From Sphyrna mokarran (lineage: Eukaryota), in contig JAGIQG010000020.1 of NCBI GenBank assembly GCA_024679065.1, positions 18,848,001 through 18,912,000 of the forward strand: DNA of 64,000 bases, in the 5' to 3' direction. The position numbers were made by a program, and so were the translations under genes. This document shows, piece after piece, positions 26,661 to 39,231 of this stretch. Position 1 is the stretch's first letter; the number at the start of each line of letters is the position of its first letter. The notes beneath the pieces were generated by a model. That model did no database searches. It was not told the DNA's origin and saw only the letters and a program-made list of their open reading frames with translations.

Positions 26661-29600
26661 TGTGCGGAAGTGGCGGTCTGTAGGCTTTGCAAAGTCAATC
26701 AGTTATTTGCATTTACAGAACTGTCACGGGGACCTCAATATTTCACTCATGGCAAAGTGTAACTGCAGAGGCTTCTGAGAGAAGCTACATGAGTACTGCA
26801 GATTGTCAGCGACGGGTCAGATTGAAGGAAAAGTCCTTAAGGAACTTGGCAAAACTATGATCGTCAGTAAACTGTGCACGGTGGAATGGAATGGAAAACC
26901 AGAGAGCAAAACTATAATTGCACCTCACCAAGCATTAGGCTTGCTTATTACTTATGTAATATCAAATCAGCTAGTTAAAAAAAACACTCACGCACTTGTA
27001 GAAAATCTGTAGCAAACATCAGTCACTCTTGTTATACTCACTAGGCCCTTCTGTTAAAAATGTCTCTCAACAGCCCCGTGGACGAAGACATTCATTGATT
27101 GTTTAAAACTTGCATCACATCTGTTTAAAATTTGCTCAGTTTTTTTTTAAAACAGTCACCAATAATTGCTGTCAGTTCGAGAAGACCAAATGTCTGCAAG
27201 GCCACGTGTACTTCGGCTTCGCATCAATGCAAATAGGCATTAATTCCCTCGCAAAATGTGCATCGCGCCGGCTTATTTAATTCTCTCCATCATATTACAA
27301 GATACATTCTGGAAATTATCCTAACAATAGGTCACAATATTCCTGCCACTTACCTGGAAAGAACAATCTAAGAATTTCAGCCCAAACTGGCTATAACTGT
27401 AGAACACGATATGATGGCGAAATTTTTAAAAAAAGACACCTTACAGTTTCCTGTGGTAGGCTTGTCACATTCGATCTGTAAGAAGCGCATCACAAATAAT
27501 GTTGCCGCCAGTTGTTAATGTATCAGCTCTGTACAAGCATTTCTGTAGCAAAAAAAACACACAAAGAGAGCATTGATACAGTAGTTAGCTACCTAGAATA
27601 AGTTGCCCAGGGAAACTCCAATTAGTTTAATTTTCAACCTCCCCCCCCTCCCCCCCAAAAAAGGTTTTCGACTGACATCTCATCGCAAAGTCCAAATCAT
27701 TATTTGGTTTTAAAAAATGTAATTAGGGCTGTTAACCTCGGATAACTGGAAGTTGGTCATTATCCGAGGGTTACTTAGCTATTTTGCCAGGAACATGCTC
27801 CTAAATGAAAATTGACAAACGGGCGATCACATGTAACGTGCGATGGTCTGTGTGAGCAGTATAAACCTGCTGGCGCCAATGTCGGTCTATAGCCTAAAAA
27901 TTGGGCAGTCTGGAAGGAGACAACTTTTCTGCTGCCCGCACAAAATTCGTCCCATGTCACTGAAATGTTTGACGAATAATTGGAAGTACCTGTCAAAGGA
28001 ACGGCGCACAGATCACAAGTTTTGTTCGTCTCCTTTATTTTGTTACGAACCTGAGCAGGACACAACTTACTGAAGTTCGTGAACTTTATCTCAGCATTAT
28101 ATTTACCGTGTTAGCTACAGAGCGGGGACCATTGTGGTATATATTAGCTAAAGGAAAACGACCATTAAAAAAAACTATGGGATGTTTTGAAGGAAAGATG
28201 CGTTCATAAGGACAATGAAGAGGACTATTTTGATAAGGGGAGGAGAAATCATAGTAAAGGGCGTGGGATAGTTAAAAGGGCAGCAAATGTGTGAAAAAAA
28301 AGACAAGGAGGCGAATGGACTCAAGGCAGAAAGTGAGATGGGATTGGAAGTGGAGGAAACAATAAAGATACTCAAATATGAAGGTCAAATCCGAGTTGCA
28401 ATGAGCTGCTAGGATCTATCCGTTCCCTCCAACTTCCTCAGATAGCAAGTTACGAAGTGCTAACAGCTATAGTCATTGCCTTTATTTGCCAGAAGGAACT
28501 ACGTTGCTTTAAAAATGTAGCCATTACAAATAGTAAACGGGGAGGAATCATCCACAATAAATGATTATGACAGTAGCCACAAGGTAATATAAACATGCGT
28601 TTTGCTTATGTAGTTTGACTGCCTTGTACCACTATATTTGAATACAGGGCGCTGAGATACAAGTTGATTAGACCTATCCATCTGTTATACAGATCACAGT
28701 CTAACTTTACAATGCGTACTAGGCTGTCTCAACTGAGTTATTTCATGTGGGTGAATCAATTGATATTTTAATATTTGAATTATCCACATATTAAAGCATT
28801 ATATCTTCTATGTATTGATAAATGATGAAACGCAGAAGTTGCTTCATTACGGCTAGTCGCCATCGGAGTAAAATAGGTACCACAATATAAACGTAGACCG
28901 ATATTGAATCACCACCTTCGGTTAAATTGGAAATGGCTCGCGAATGTGGCTGAACATTGAGGAAGGAATAAGCATGTAATCGGCACTAGCTGGACCTCAC
29001 ACATGCTAAGAGAATATTTACACGAAACTTGCCAATGTAAACGAGCCCGCCTCTTTCAGATAAACAGTAATCAACAAACCTCTGTATCATTTCGGGGCTA
29101 TATAGCTCTGTCTGCTTATGGCTAATGAAGTGAGGTGTCTGGTTGCAGAGGCACTACAGAGCAACTCGGTGCGAGCGTAAATGCTTTCAAAGCCATTTTA
29201 ATTTTCACATCAGTGCACTTACTGGGTTTTAAAGCCCTGACGGCTAACAAGTAGCTTGCGGTATTGGCGAATGTTTAACTAAGATGGCTAGCCATCAATT
29301 CCCTTTTGTTTGCTTGCAAATTAATCATCCTATACGTAGTTGGCGCCAGTGTAGATTTATCACACACAGGAGGGTGAATGAGTCGGGCGCGGAGAGACAA
29401 AGAGAGTTCGCACCTTCCTGCTTTTGATCCTAGATTAGTGCACCCTCCCTTCATAATACAAGTCTCTAGGGTGCTTAGCCTGGGAGGTCACTCATAATTG
29501 GCGGAAGTTAGTGCAACCTTTCAAAACGTTACATTATAACGCATAATTCTAAATATATAATGCTCAAACGCAAATAGAATGCGATTATTATTTTATATAA

Positions 29601-30763
29601 AAAAGCCTATATCCAGTCATTTTCTTCACTTTCGGCAGAGAAAAAAATACACTTATAAGCAACGTTTAAAACGATAGTTATTATTTAAAACACACATCTG
29701 AATGGGATCTCCCTTTGTCCAGATGCCACACACAAAAATAAATGTACATATATAGGGGAACTCGCCTTTTGACTTCCAACTCTCCATAGATCAGGACAGC
29801 GCCGTGCTTTTGGCATCCGCGGCTTAAAGAGGGGAGGGGGCGGGGGGGAGGTGAAGGGATGGGGGAGGGAGGTCAAGGACACAACACAGCAGAGAGACAG
29901 AGACACAGAGGGAGAACGAAATGAAATGTCGGCAGTTCGCAAGCTGCAACAGCGGAGATTGGTGGTGCCCAGAGTGAGCTTTTTTTTTCGCCCAGGATGT
30001 TCTCACAGATCAAGAGAGGCGATATTTTTTGTTGCCTTTTGGGAAAAAAAGGGGAGCGAAAAGTGATACGAGACGCGAGTTGCAACTCGACGTCAGCAGC
30101 CTGGCGCCAAACGCCCTCAAACATGTGCGTCAAAAATGCAATGTTACAAGAGCTAATCACTTTAGATGTTCCGTTCCTATCTCCGCGCATTTAGCCGATG
30201 TGATGCCTTTCAGTTGCAACTTTATTTTTCCCAGGGCTTTCACAGAGAGAGGGAGAAGCGAGAAAGCAAGTATCCTACATTAGACTGCAGCAGCCCAGAA
30301 GGCGCCATGTCCTGATAATTAAATCACCTCGTTAAATGAGACGCTATTTTTTTTATACGCTGTTGAAAGCATCGACGAGGAGCAAATAAAATTAAGACGC
30401 TTGGGGCTTTGCTCCCCCGAATTAAAAATAAAACGTAGAGATTTTTACCTGCAGCAGGAGAGGGGGACAGAGACAAGACAAGGGGACAACACAAGACAAC
30501 CCCCCCCCCTCCGCACACACAAAAAATCAGCGGGAATAAAAACAATGTTAATCGGAGGCTGGGGCATCTTAAGTATTAGTGTGAAAGGAGGCGAGATGAC
30601 TCGGGCATTGCATATAACGGCGAGAAGGGGCTGCCCAGCTGCAAGTCCCGCTTTGCACTGTGTGAATAGACACATGATGATCCCTCGCCTGAATTCGGCG
30701 ATGGTGGGTAAAAGCACCTGAGGCGGGCCCTTGCTCCTTTCCATTGGCTGGTGTATATGTTCA

Positions 30764-30787
30764 CCCCCCCCCCCCCCCCCCCCCCCC
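30764..30787. repeat. C24 homopolymer in the TBX3 5' region
   Basis: Direct count. Confidence 0.9.
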
Positions 30788-31015
30788 ACCAACTTCCCTC
30801 ATTCCTGTCCTATTCGCCCCCCCCCCCCCGCCTCCTTTAATGATGTTGACATATTCACACGGCTGAAGTAGTGATGCTCGCTGTACGTTACAGTTTCCGA
30901 CACCTTCTTTTTATAACTCATCTATCCCCGGCTTTAGTTGTCAAAACCACGCCTATGGAGCCACACAATTGGTCCGAAAGCGTCAAATAGCCAATCAACA
31001 GTGCAGAGCTATTCG

Positions 31016-31016
<1 letters not shown>

Positions 31017-31046
<30 letters not shown>
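31017..31046. repeat. (CA)n microsatellite in the TBX3 5' leader
   Basis: Direct reading. Confidence 0.9.
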
Positions 31047-31294
31047 TAGAGAGAAAGCTCCGGGTTGACTGTTTGGGGAGATGCGTCCGAGCTCTGCTGC
31101 CACCGCTGAACAGTCTCACTTTCAGTTCATGTGAAGACCCCCCCCCCCGTCCCACCACCACTACCCCAACCTCCAACCAACCCCCCCCTCCGCAACCCCA
31201 CACACACCCACCCAACCAACAGAAAAAAATATTATAATAGTAATAACGATGCGCCTGTAAGCGAGACAGTACGACAAGAGAATCCGGGGAGTGG

Positions 31295-31686
31295 ATGAAT
31301 TTACCGATGAGAGAGCCAGTTATTCCGGGGACAAGTATGGCTTACCATCCGTTCTTACCTCACCGGGCACCGGATTTTGCGATGAGCGCCGTGCTGGGAC
31401 ATCAGCCTCCTTTCTTCCCGGCCCTGGCGCTGCCTCCGAGCGGCCCGGCCGCCCTCACCCTGTCGGGCGGACTCGGCAAGCCCCTCATGGATCAGCTTGT
31501 GGGCGCAGGTGAGGCCGGGATCGCTCTGTCGGCGATGGGCCACCAGTCCTCGCATCTGCGGCCTCTCAAGACTCTGGAGCCCGAGGAAGAAGTGGAAGAC
31601 GATCCGAAAGTTATCCTGGAGGCGAAAGATTTGTGGGATCAGTTTCACAAGTGTGGCACTGAAATGGTTATCACCAAGTCTGGAAG
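31295..31686 (+). CDS. TBX3: TBX3 coding exon 1 (N-terminus and start of T-box)
   Basis: [44 protein letters not shown]...[31 protein letters not shown] closely matches the vertebrate TBX3 N-terminus; donor AG|GTACAG at 31687; 392 nt, phase 2. Confidence 0.97.
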
Positions 31687-32823
31687 GTACAGCGCACTTT
31701 CCCATACAAGAGAGCAATGCCGACATCACCGATTCGAGATCTTTACAGTTATTTTAATATCCAGCCGTGAATAGTTACGATGCCGAGTAATGTGTGCATT
31801 TATATTTATAATACAAATTAGAGGGTTGTGGGATTTGAACAGGCGAAATAGATTTAATTGAGAAAAGCGGCTAGTTTATATTCGCCTAAATCTGTCAAGG
31901 GCTTTTGCCACGCTTCCTGTAGAATGATCCATTTTATGGAGATAATTTGCCTCGAAAAATGCAGTCACTTATTTATTGAAGTGGTCCCCACAACAAAACA
32001 TTTAGTCTGCACCTCTGTTGATGCGAGGGGACAATTCGGATCGCTAGACTAATGTAGGGCACGCTCGGATAAAAATATTGCAACTTTTTTAAAAAAATAA
32101 ATGCTAATGCAATTAATTTAAATAGCTTCTTCCTTAGGATGGGGGAGGTCACATGTGATCTGCAGAGGGGCCGATAGGTGATATTTTACAGAAGTTCTAA
32201 TTCATTGAATTTCAAGCAATCCCAGGATGGGAACCAGCAGACGCGTTTGTAAATAATGTGCAGGATTAAGGCTCCGCTCAGTACTTAGTTTCAAGGGTTG
32301 TCTGGAACTGCTGGGTGTTGCAATTTATCTCGGTGGGATTGGGGGAATTGTTGGGGGGAGGGTGATGGCTGGCAAGCGTATAGCAGATTCTTTTCACGAC
32401 ACCTGTGATGGGAACAGTTTAACTCACGCAGTTTTTTTTTATGGCACCAATTGGTGATTACAAAACCATAAAGGTTGAGTGAGCCGCGGCCTTACCCAGG
32501 TAGCCAACGCGCATATACCTAGGATAGGGTCGCTAGTCGTATTTGTATCACTCTTTCCCAGAAACATTGAAATTTAAGCTGAAATATCTCTGGAGGGAAC
32601 CGACTGGTTCTCTAACTTGGCCCTGCATCTTTTATAAACAGCTGGATTTTGTGTATGTAAACCTTAAACACTCATGGCAAGTTATCTAAAGAACGCTGTT
32701 GCAGGTTTGACAATACTTCTAAAACCGAGGGTCACTGAAATGGATTGGATCAAACATTTCACACATAGTAGATATCTGTGAATCAAAGCCCCAGTGTAAA
32801 AAAAAGCCCAGAAACCTGGCTAA

Positions 32824-33213
<390 letters not shown>

Positions 33214-34240
33214 TAGTTGAATGATTTAGCAACAAATAGTAATATGCTTCTACTTTAGCCGGGCTGGGGTTAAAATGCTAAAATATTTTCCGCATTCAGA
33301 ATATTTTTTAAAGCACAAACTTGTATTGATATGAGGGCTTTACATTTTTTTGCACTATTTTTCTATGTGTGATGACTGTGTTCTCAAACTGAGGTATTGT
33401 GAAGATCGGCCATTTTAAGTAACTGGGATTGTGCAAGTATTTGATCGTTGGGATCATATTTTATAATTTTCTCTGACACTGCAAGTGATAAGGCTTAGTC
33501 ACATGTCAACTTTCTCGACATTCCGTTTGTAAATCTCGGTGGCAATGGACAATGACTTGTAGGGGAAAATATTTAAAATCTCAACACATTTTGGCAAATC
33601 TGCAATTTATTAAGCATTATGCTCGCTGGCGAGAGAGAGAGAAAAAAATCCAGTCACTGTAATAACAATGACGATACCAGTAACTCCATTAGTCCAGGCA
33701 TTTTAATATGATCCTCAAAATGCAGGGCACTGAGCAGACTGAAATTGTTTATGCTTAGAGAACAGTCGTTTACTATTTAACTCACACCATTCTCAATTAC
33801 TACCGTGCATGTCAGCATTGTGTGTGAACCGTCTTGCCGGTATAGACACATATGTAGGGAGGCCAGAGGTGCACACGTGTAAGCAGATATTTGTAGATAG
33901 GCATAATATATTTCTAAACCGGTTAGTTTTCATTTTGCAAGTGCTTACACAGTGAGACAGGCCATAGTGCAAATGTTAATCGAGTCGTCAGCTGTTCATG
34001 TAGAAGGACGGATTTACACGCTTGCTGAACTCTGTCCTTTCCTGTGAAATCTTTTATACTGGCTATTAGCTTATATTATTGCGGATCGTCCGTTAATAAG
34101 CAGTGTGCAATTAAACAATAAAACGATATAATAACATCACATTTAGCCAACAGCCTGGCTGAATCTAGAAGCAGTCATACCATGTGGACAACTGCACTCG
34201 CTTTGGTCGGGTTGTAATTTGCTTGATTTGTCCTCTTTAG

Positions 34241-34471
<231 letters not shown>

Positions 34472-35871
34472 TGATATAAAAAAGATCAAAATATGCACGA
34501 TTTTGTGAAGCTTCTTCCTCTTGTCTATTTATTCTGATCGGTAGGATATTTTTAAAAAAATGGCAGGCCCATTTAACCCGCAAGAAGGTTTGCTGAATAT
34601 GTTGCACAGACTGGGTCTCCTTTCGATCTGATGATTTGCTTTGTAATGTCAGTTTTTGGCAAGGGTTACACTGTGTGGCTGTGGACCCAAGGCTGTAAGA
34701 CATATGTTTGTGTGGGACGTGAGTTCGCAATTTTGTTATTGCCAGGTAATAGGATTTAATAGATTTCTAAAGTGTTATTAAATTACAGTCATTATAAAAA
34801 AAGACATTTCACACTCTTTATTGGCAATGCATGCGGGTGGACAATAGATGTTAAGCCAAGGTGTTATGTGGGGAGTATTGTGCTCATTCACAGACATCTG
34901 AGGATGAACAATTGAGTTAATTATTGTTGATAATTTTGTCCCAGTAATTTTTTAAGGGACTTGGAACCCTTTTCGTTGGTATCTAACTCCTCCTCAGACT
35001 TTTGATTAGTCAGCGAATCTTATTAAGAGAGTTGCCGCTAAGTACATTGTCTGCAAGCGAGTTGATAATTCTTGATCGTGCGCTGTTGATCATGGGTTGT
35101 CTCCTGCAGAGAATAAAACTGATTAGGAAAAAGGCTGTTATGATGATAAATGAAATGACGTTAACATGCTTGGGTGTTGGATCTGTTCCTGGTCCCTGTT
35201 GCATTATTATCTCCAGTTCATTATTTTAAAGGACAATGATTTCAACCTAGTTAAATCCTCGGCCCTATTGAAAGGAGGATGAGAATGGGCCATAAAGTTA
35301 CTGTTGACTTAGAGTCAACAGTGAGCAAAAGACGGTGCTGACGCCAGACCCGGCTTGCACCCTATCTCTCCCTGATAAAAAGGTGCCTGCCTGGCTTGTA
35401 CTCGCTCACACGCGGGTTATCATGAATCGAAGGTGATTTATTTGGACGAGGGAGGGTACAGATCCGTGGATTGCACCTTGCATTTAATAAATACTGTGAT
35501 TTAAACGGCAGTAGCACTGAACCCAAGTTTCTGCACCGATATATTCTAACAGTGTGGTTGTGTTCAGTGTTGGCCCACAGTTAAATGCGATGAAGGCAGA
35601 ATTAGTGGGAAGGAAACGTTACAGCCCCAGATCAGGTACAGATGGATAATAGATTGAAGTGTTTAATGCCGCGTTAACATAATTCCACACTTATTTACTC
35701 TAAACAGTAATGAGAAGTAATAACGTAATTACGATTTGATATCTGGCCTCCGAATTTCTCTGGTAACTTTTTCAGTAGAGCTGCGCATTCCCAGTGAAGT
35801 TTGTAACTGACTGTCGTACTGTCCCGCCGAGCAACGAGAAAGTATTTTAAACTTGCATACTTTCCGTCTAG

Positions 35872-35948
35872 ATAACCCAGCTAAAAATCGACAACAATCC
35901 ATTTGCCAAAGGATTTCGTGACACGGGCAATGGGAGAAGAGAGAAGAG
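35872..35948 (+). CDS. TBX3: TBX3 exon 4 (end of T-box, start of NLS)
   Basis: Not in the ORF track; read by hand: tttccgtctag| ITQLKIDNNPFAKGFRDTGNGRREK(R) |GTGAGT; 77 nt. Confidence 0.97.
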
Positions 35949-36315
35949 GTGAGTTTAGTTGGGTTCAGATCGATTTATCAAATGGGTGGACTGTTTGGGG
36001 CCTGGTTCTATCCATGATCTGATAAAACGCTGACATCCTCCCAGTAAGACAAGAAACGGGGGAGGGGGTAGGGTGGGAATTTAGGAATTCTCGCATTTTG
36101 CCACGGCGTGGTATCTTTTGGCGTTTGCTCTTGGTGGCTACCTTAGCTGTTCTTTTTTTTGTTTAAAAGCGACTGCCCAGACAATGTTAACGCACAAACC
36201 ACAATCCAACATGACTAGAATGCAGGATGAAATAAAACTAAAAATGATAGGGTCAGCTATGGGATAACTCGAAACTTAAATCATTGCCCGTCTTGTGTTT
36301 TTTTAATATAAAAAG

Positions 36316-36479
36316 AAAACAGTTGGCAATTCAATCCCTCCGAGTCTATGAGGAGCAGCAGAAGGGCTCCAAAGAGAATGGGACATCGGACGACTCATCC
36401 AGTGAGCAACCGGCTTTCAAATGCTTCGGACAGACTACCTCCCCCGCTGTTTCCACGCCAGGAACTGCCAACTTAAAAG
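36316..36479 (+). CDS. TBX3: TBX3 exon 5
   Basis: (R)[54 protein letters not shown] resembles the TBX3 post-T-box segment; acceptor ataaaaag|, donor G|GTTATT; 164 nt keeps the frame. Confidence 0.92.
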
Positions 36480-36814
36480 GTTATTATTTTGTTACCTGCA
36501 AAGGGGTCTTGTTTGTTCTTTTTTATATGTATAAAAGGCGCGACTAAAGTTTGTGTTGCACTCGCACATTAATTGAGTGTATGTTTGTATTGAAGATCCT
36601 TATCACCCCTCAGCCCAGTAACTCAGCGCTGCACAAGATGCTTCTATTTACTGACCCGCTGCTGTAGAATTGGGTTCCGAGAGAGCATTCGCCCCTGTGT
36701 GCACACGCTGGAATTGTGTGGCATTTAATGACTTGAAAATAGAATAAGAAATCTCCTTACCCGGTAAAACTATATCATAAACTATCATAATTATCATATC
36801 ATTATATAATCATA

Positions 36815-37118
36815 TAATCTGAGAACCCCTGCAGTGCAGAAGGTGGCCATTTGGCCCATCGAACCTGCATCAACAATCCCACCCATGCCTTATCCCCGTA
36901 ACCCCAAGTATTTACCCCCTGAGACGGAGGATCAATTTAGCATGGCCAGTGCATCTCACCAGCACATCTTTGGACTGTGAGAGGAAACTGGAGCACTCGG
37001 AGGAAACCCACGCAGACACGGGGAGAATGTGCAAACTCCACAGCGCCAGGCCGGAAACCGGAATTGAATCCGGGGGCCTGGCATTGCGAGGCTACAGTGT
37101 CGTCCACTTTGCTGCCCA
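36815..37118 (-). mobile_element. HE1/V-SINE-like SINE, tail type A, antisense in TBX3 intron 5
   Basis: GGAGGAAACCCACGCAGACACGGGGAGAATGTGCAAACTCCAC core; tail extended by a TATCATAA-like repeat at 36770-36818. Confidence 0.9.
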
Positions 37119-37385
37119 CATGTATATGTAACAAAACAATATTTTCTGTTTAAAATGCTGTAACAAGAAGGCCCAGAGAGACGGGGTGTGGATTCCCTGC
37201 ACTTAAATTGTCATTGTCTATTTCAACAGCGTGGTGTCAGTGCGTTGTGGTTTCTTAGTGGGAAATGTCACTTTCAGAGATACCCCGCAGACAGTATTAC
37301 TAACCGAGTGCTGAGAAAGACCGCCGTATCTCAGCTGTTACTTCTTTAAACTTATGTTTTAAAAATTGCTGTATCCGTATCTCAG

Positions 37386-38038
37386 GCGCTCTGCAAAGCG
37401 ATGAGGAAGAAAGCGACATGGACAGTAAGGACGAGCCCCTTCAGGAAGGGCCGGACTCAGGAAAGCTGTCAGCAGCTAGCGAGGAACGCGACCCCATCAA
37501 ATCGCACCCACGCCCTTCGGAGTCTGGGAGCAGAGTCAGAGAACATGAAAGCTCGAGGACTGACAAGAGCTTGACGGATTTGCAGCGCAGCCCGACTACC
37601 ACCCCCTCCAGCACCAGAGTCGTTAATGGCGAGGGCCCCGAGATCAAAAGTCCAGTCCCAGACCATCACCAGAAAGCGGATGAATCCAGTGCTTTGGGCA
37701 AGGAGCCCTACTCGCCTCTGACCGTCCAGACGGATAGTATCTCGCACCTGAACCACGGACACTTACAGAACCTCGCCTTTTCTCATAATTTATCTGGCCA
37801 GCACTTCTTTACCCCACTGGGCGCGGGACACCCCCTTTTCTTGCACCCCAGCCAGTTTGCTATGGGTGGGGCCTTCCCAAATATGGCAGCAGGTATGGGT
37901 CACCTGCTAGCCTCAATGTCGGGCACCGCGGGAGGAATCAGCGGCTTGGACACACTTGTTTCTTCACAGCAGGGACTAGCTGGCGGATCGGCGACAACTC
38001 TCCCATTTCACCTCCAACAACAAGTCCTGGCCTCTCAG
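37386..38038 (+). CDS. TBX3: TBX3 exon 6
   Basis: Acceptor ccgtatctcag|; ...SPLTVQTD...LGAGHPLFLHPSQFAMGGAF...TLPFHLQQQVLASQ; donor |GTAAAC at 38039; 653 nt. Confidence 0.93.
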
Positions 38039-38766
38039 GTAAACCTCCCTTCTTGTCATTGCCTGTATTCCAACAATGTATTACATCAAGCATTTCATTA
38101 CTTCTCTTGCTAAGTAACTTGGCTGATAAATATTTGAGTATTACTTTTTAAGTCAATTTTTAAAAATTAAAATGGTAGAAAATGGACTTTCCGAGAACAG
38201 CATTTACAAATCGGCCTTGTGTCATATGTGAGGTACTGAAGCCTTTGAGAAAATAAAAAAACACGTTGAATCTCCGACTTTCCGTTTCTAACCTCACCCT
38301 GAGATTGATTGTAAACGCCAGATGAGTGATACAAGATAGATCATCTTAAGATATTTAAAAAATACTTATAATGCAAAATATAGAATATTAATCAAGATAA
38401 ACTTTCCGAGTGGCTAAATAGCATCACATTTCATATCTCTCATTCCATTTGACTTATGTTCTGTCTGTTTCTCTGAGCAATTATAGCAGAGATAGAGGGG
38501 AGCAAGATATTTGCATGTAATTACAGACTCCGGTGTTACCAGGACTCAAATTTAAATAACTCTAAAGTGTGTACTTTGGACGGGAGTTTAAGATGCTCTA
38601 CAATGTCTACATGCCTCATTTCCGTAAATCTGCACAAACTGTTGAATTACTTCTGGGTTAATGGATTCACTGAACGAGGGGAATCCAGTCTAATCCATCC
38701 CTATTGTAACGGCAATTAGCATTGGTTGTTGCAAACATGAACTGACTTTTCTCGTTACGTTGACAG

Positions 38767-39231
38767 GGTCTGGCGATGTCACCTTTCGGTAGCCTTTTCC
38801 CCTATCCTTACACCTACATGGCTGCTGCGGCGGCGGCTTCCGTGCCCGCCGGAGTCCCGTCGTCGGTCGCGTCCTCTATCCACCGCCATCCGTTCCTCAG
38901 CGCTGTGCGGCCCCGCTTGAGGTATAGCCCTTACACCTTTCCCGTGCCCGGCATGGACAACAGCAGCTTGCTGGCCACCACCCTGCCCACCATGGCCACC
39001 CCCGGCGAGGCGAAGGGGGTGAACAGCATGGCCACCAGCCCCGTGTCAGCCGGCTTGGACTCGGGCTCTGAGGTCAACAGCAGGTCCTCCACCCTCTCCT
39101 CGGGATCGATCTCCTTGTCGCCGAAACAGTGTTCAGAGAAAGAGACGCCCAACCAGCTCCAGAACATCCAGCGCCTGGTCAGCGGACTGGAAACGAAACA
39201 GGATCGGTCAAGCCGGAGCGATTCCCCTTGA
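38767..39231 (+). CDS. TBX3: TBX3 exon 7 coding part (C-terminal repression region, TGA stop)
   Basis: Acceptor ttgacag|; [23 protein letters not shown]...RPRLRYSPY...[24 protein letters not shown]; C-terminus fits TBX3 rather than TBX2. Confidence 0.97.
   Translation, partial: GLAMSPFGSLFPYPYTYMAAAAAASVPAGVPSSVASSIHRHPFLSAVRPRLRYSPYTFPVPGMDNSSLLATTLPTMATPGEAKGVNSMATSPVSAGLDSGSEVNSRSSTLSSGSISLSPKQCSEKETPNQLQNIQRLVSGLETKQDRSSRSDSP

Larger units (their letters stand above)
29580..31294 (+). promoter_or_regulatory. TBX3 promoter and 5'UTR region (CpG-rich)
   Basis: CpG-rich; TATA-like TATATAAAA near 29594, GC box GGGGCGGGG near 29837, CCAAT/ATTGG near 30743, 30968 and 30991; TSS cannot be fixed from sequence. 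Confidence 0.7.
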
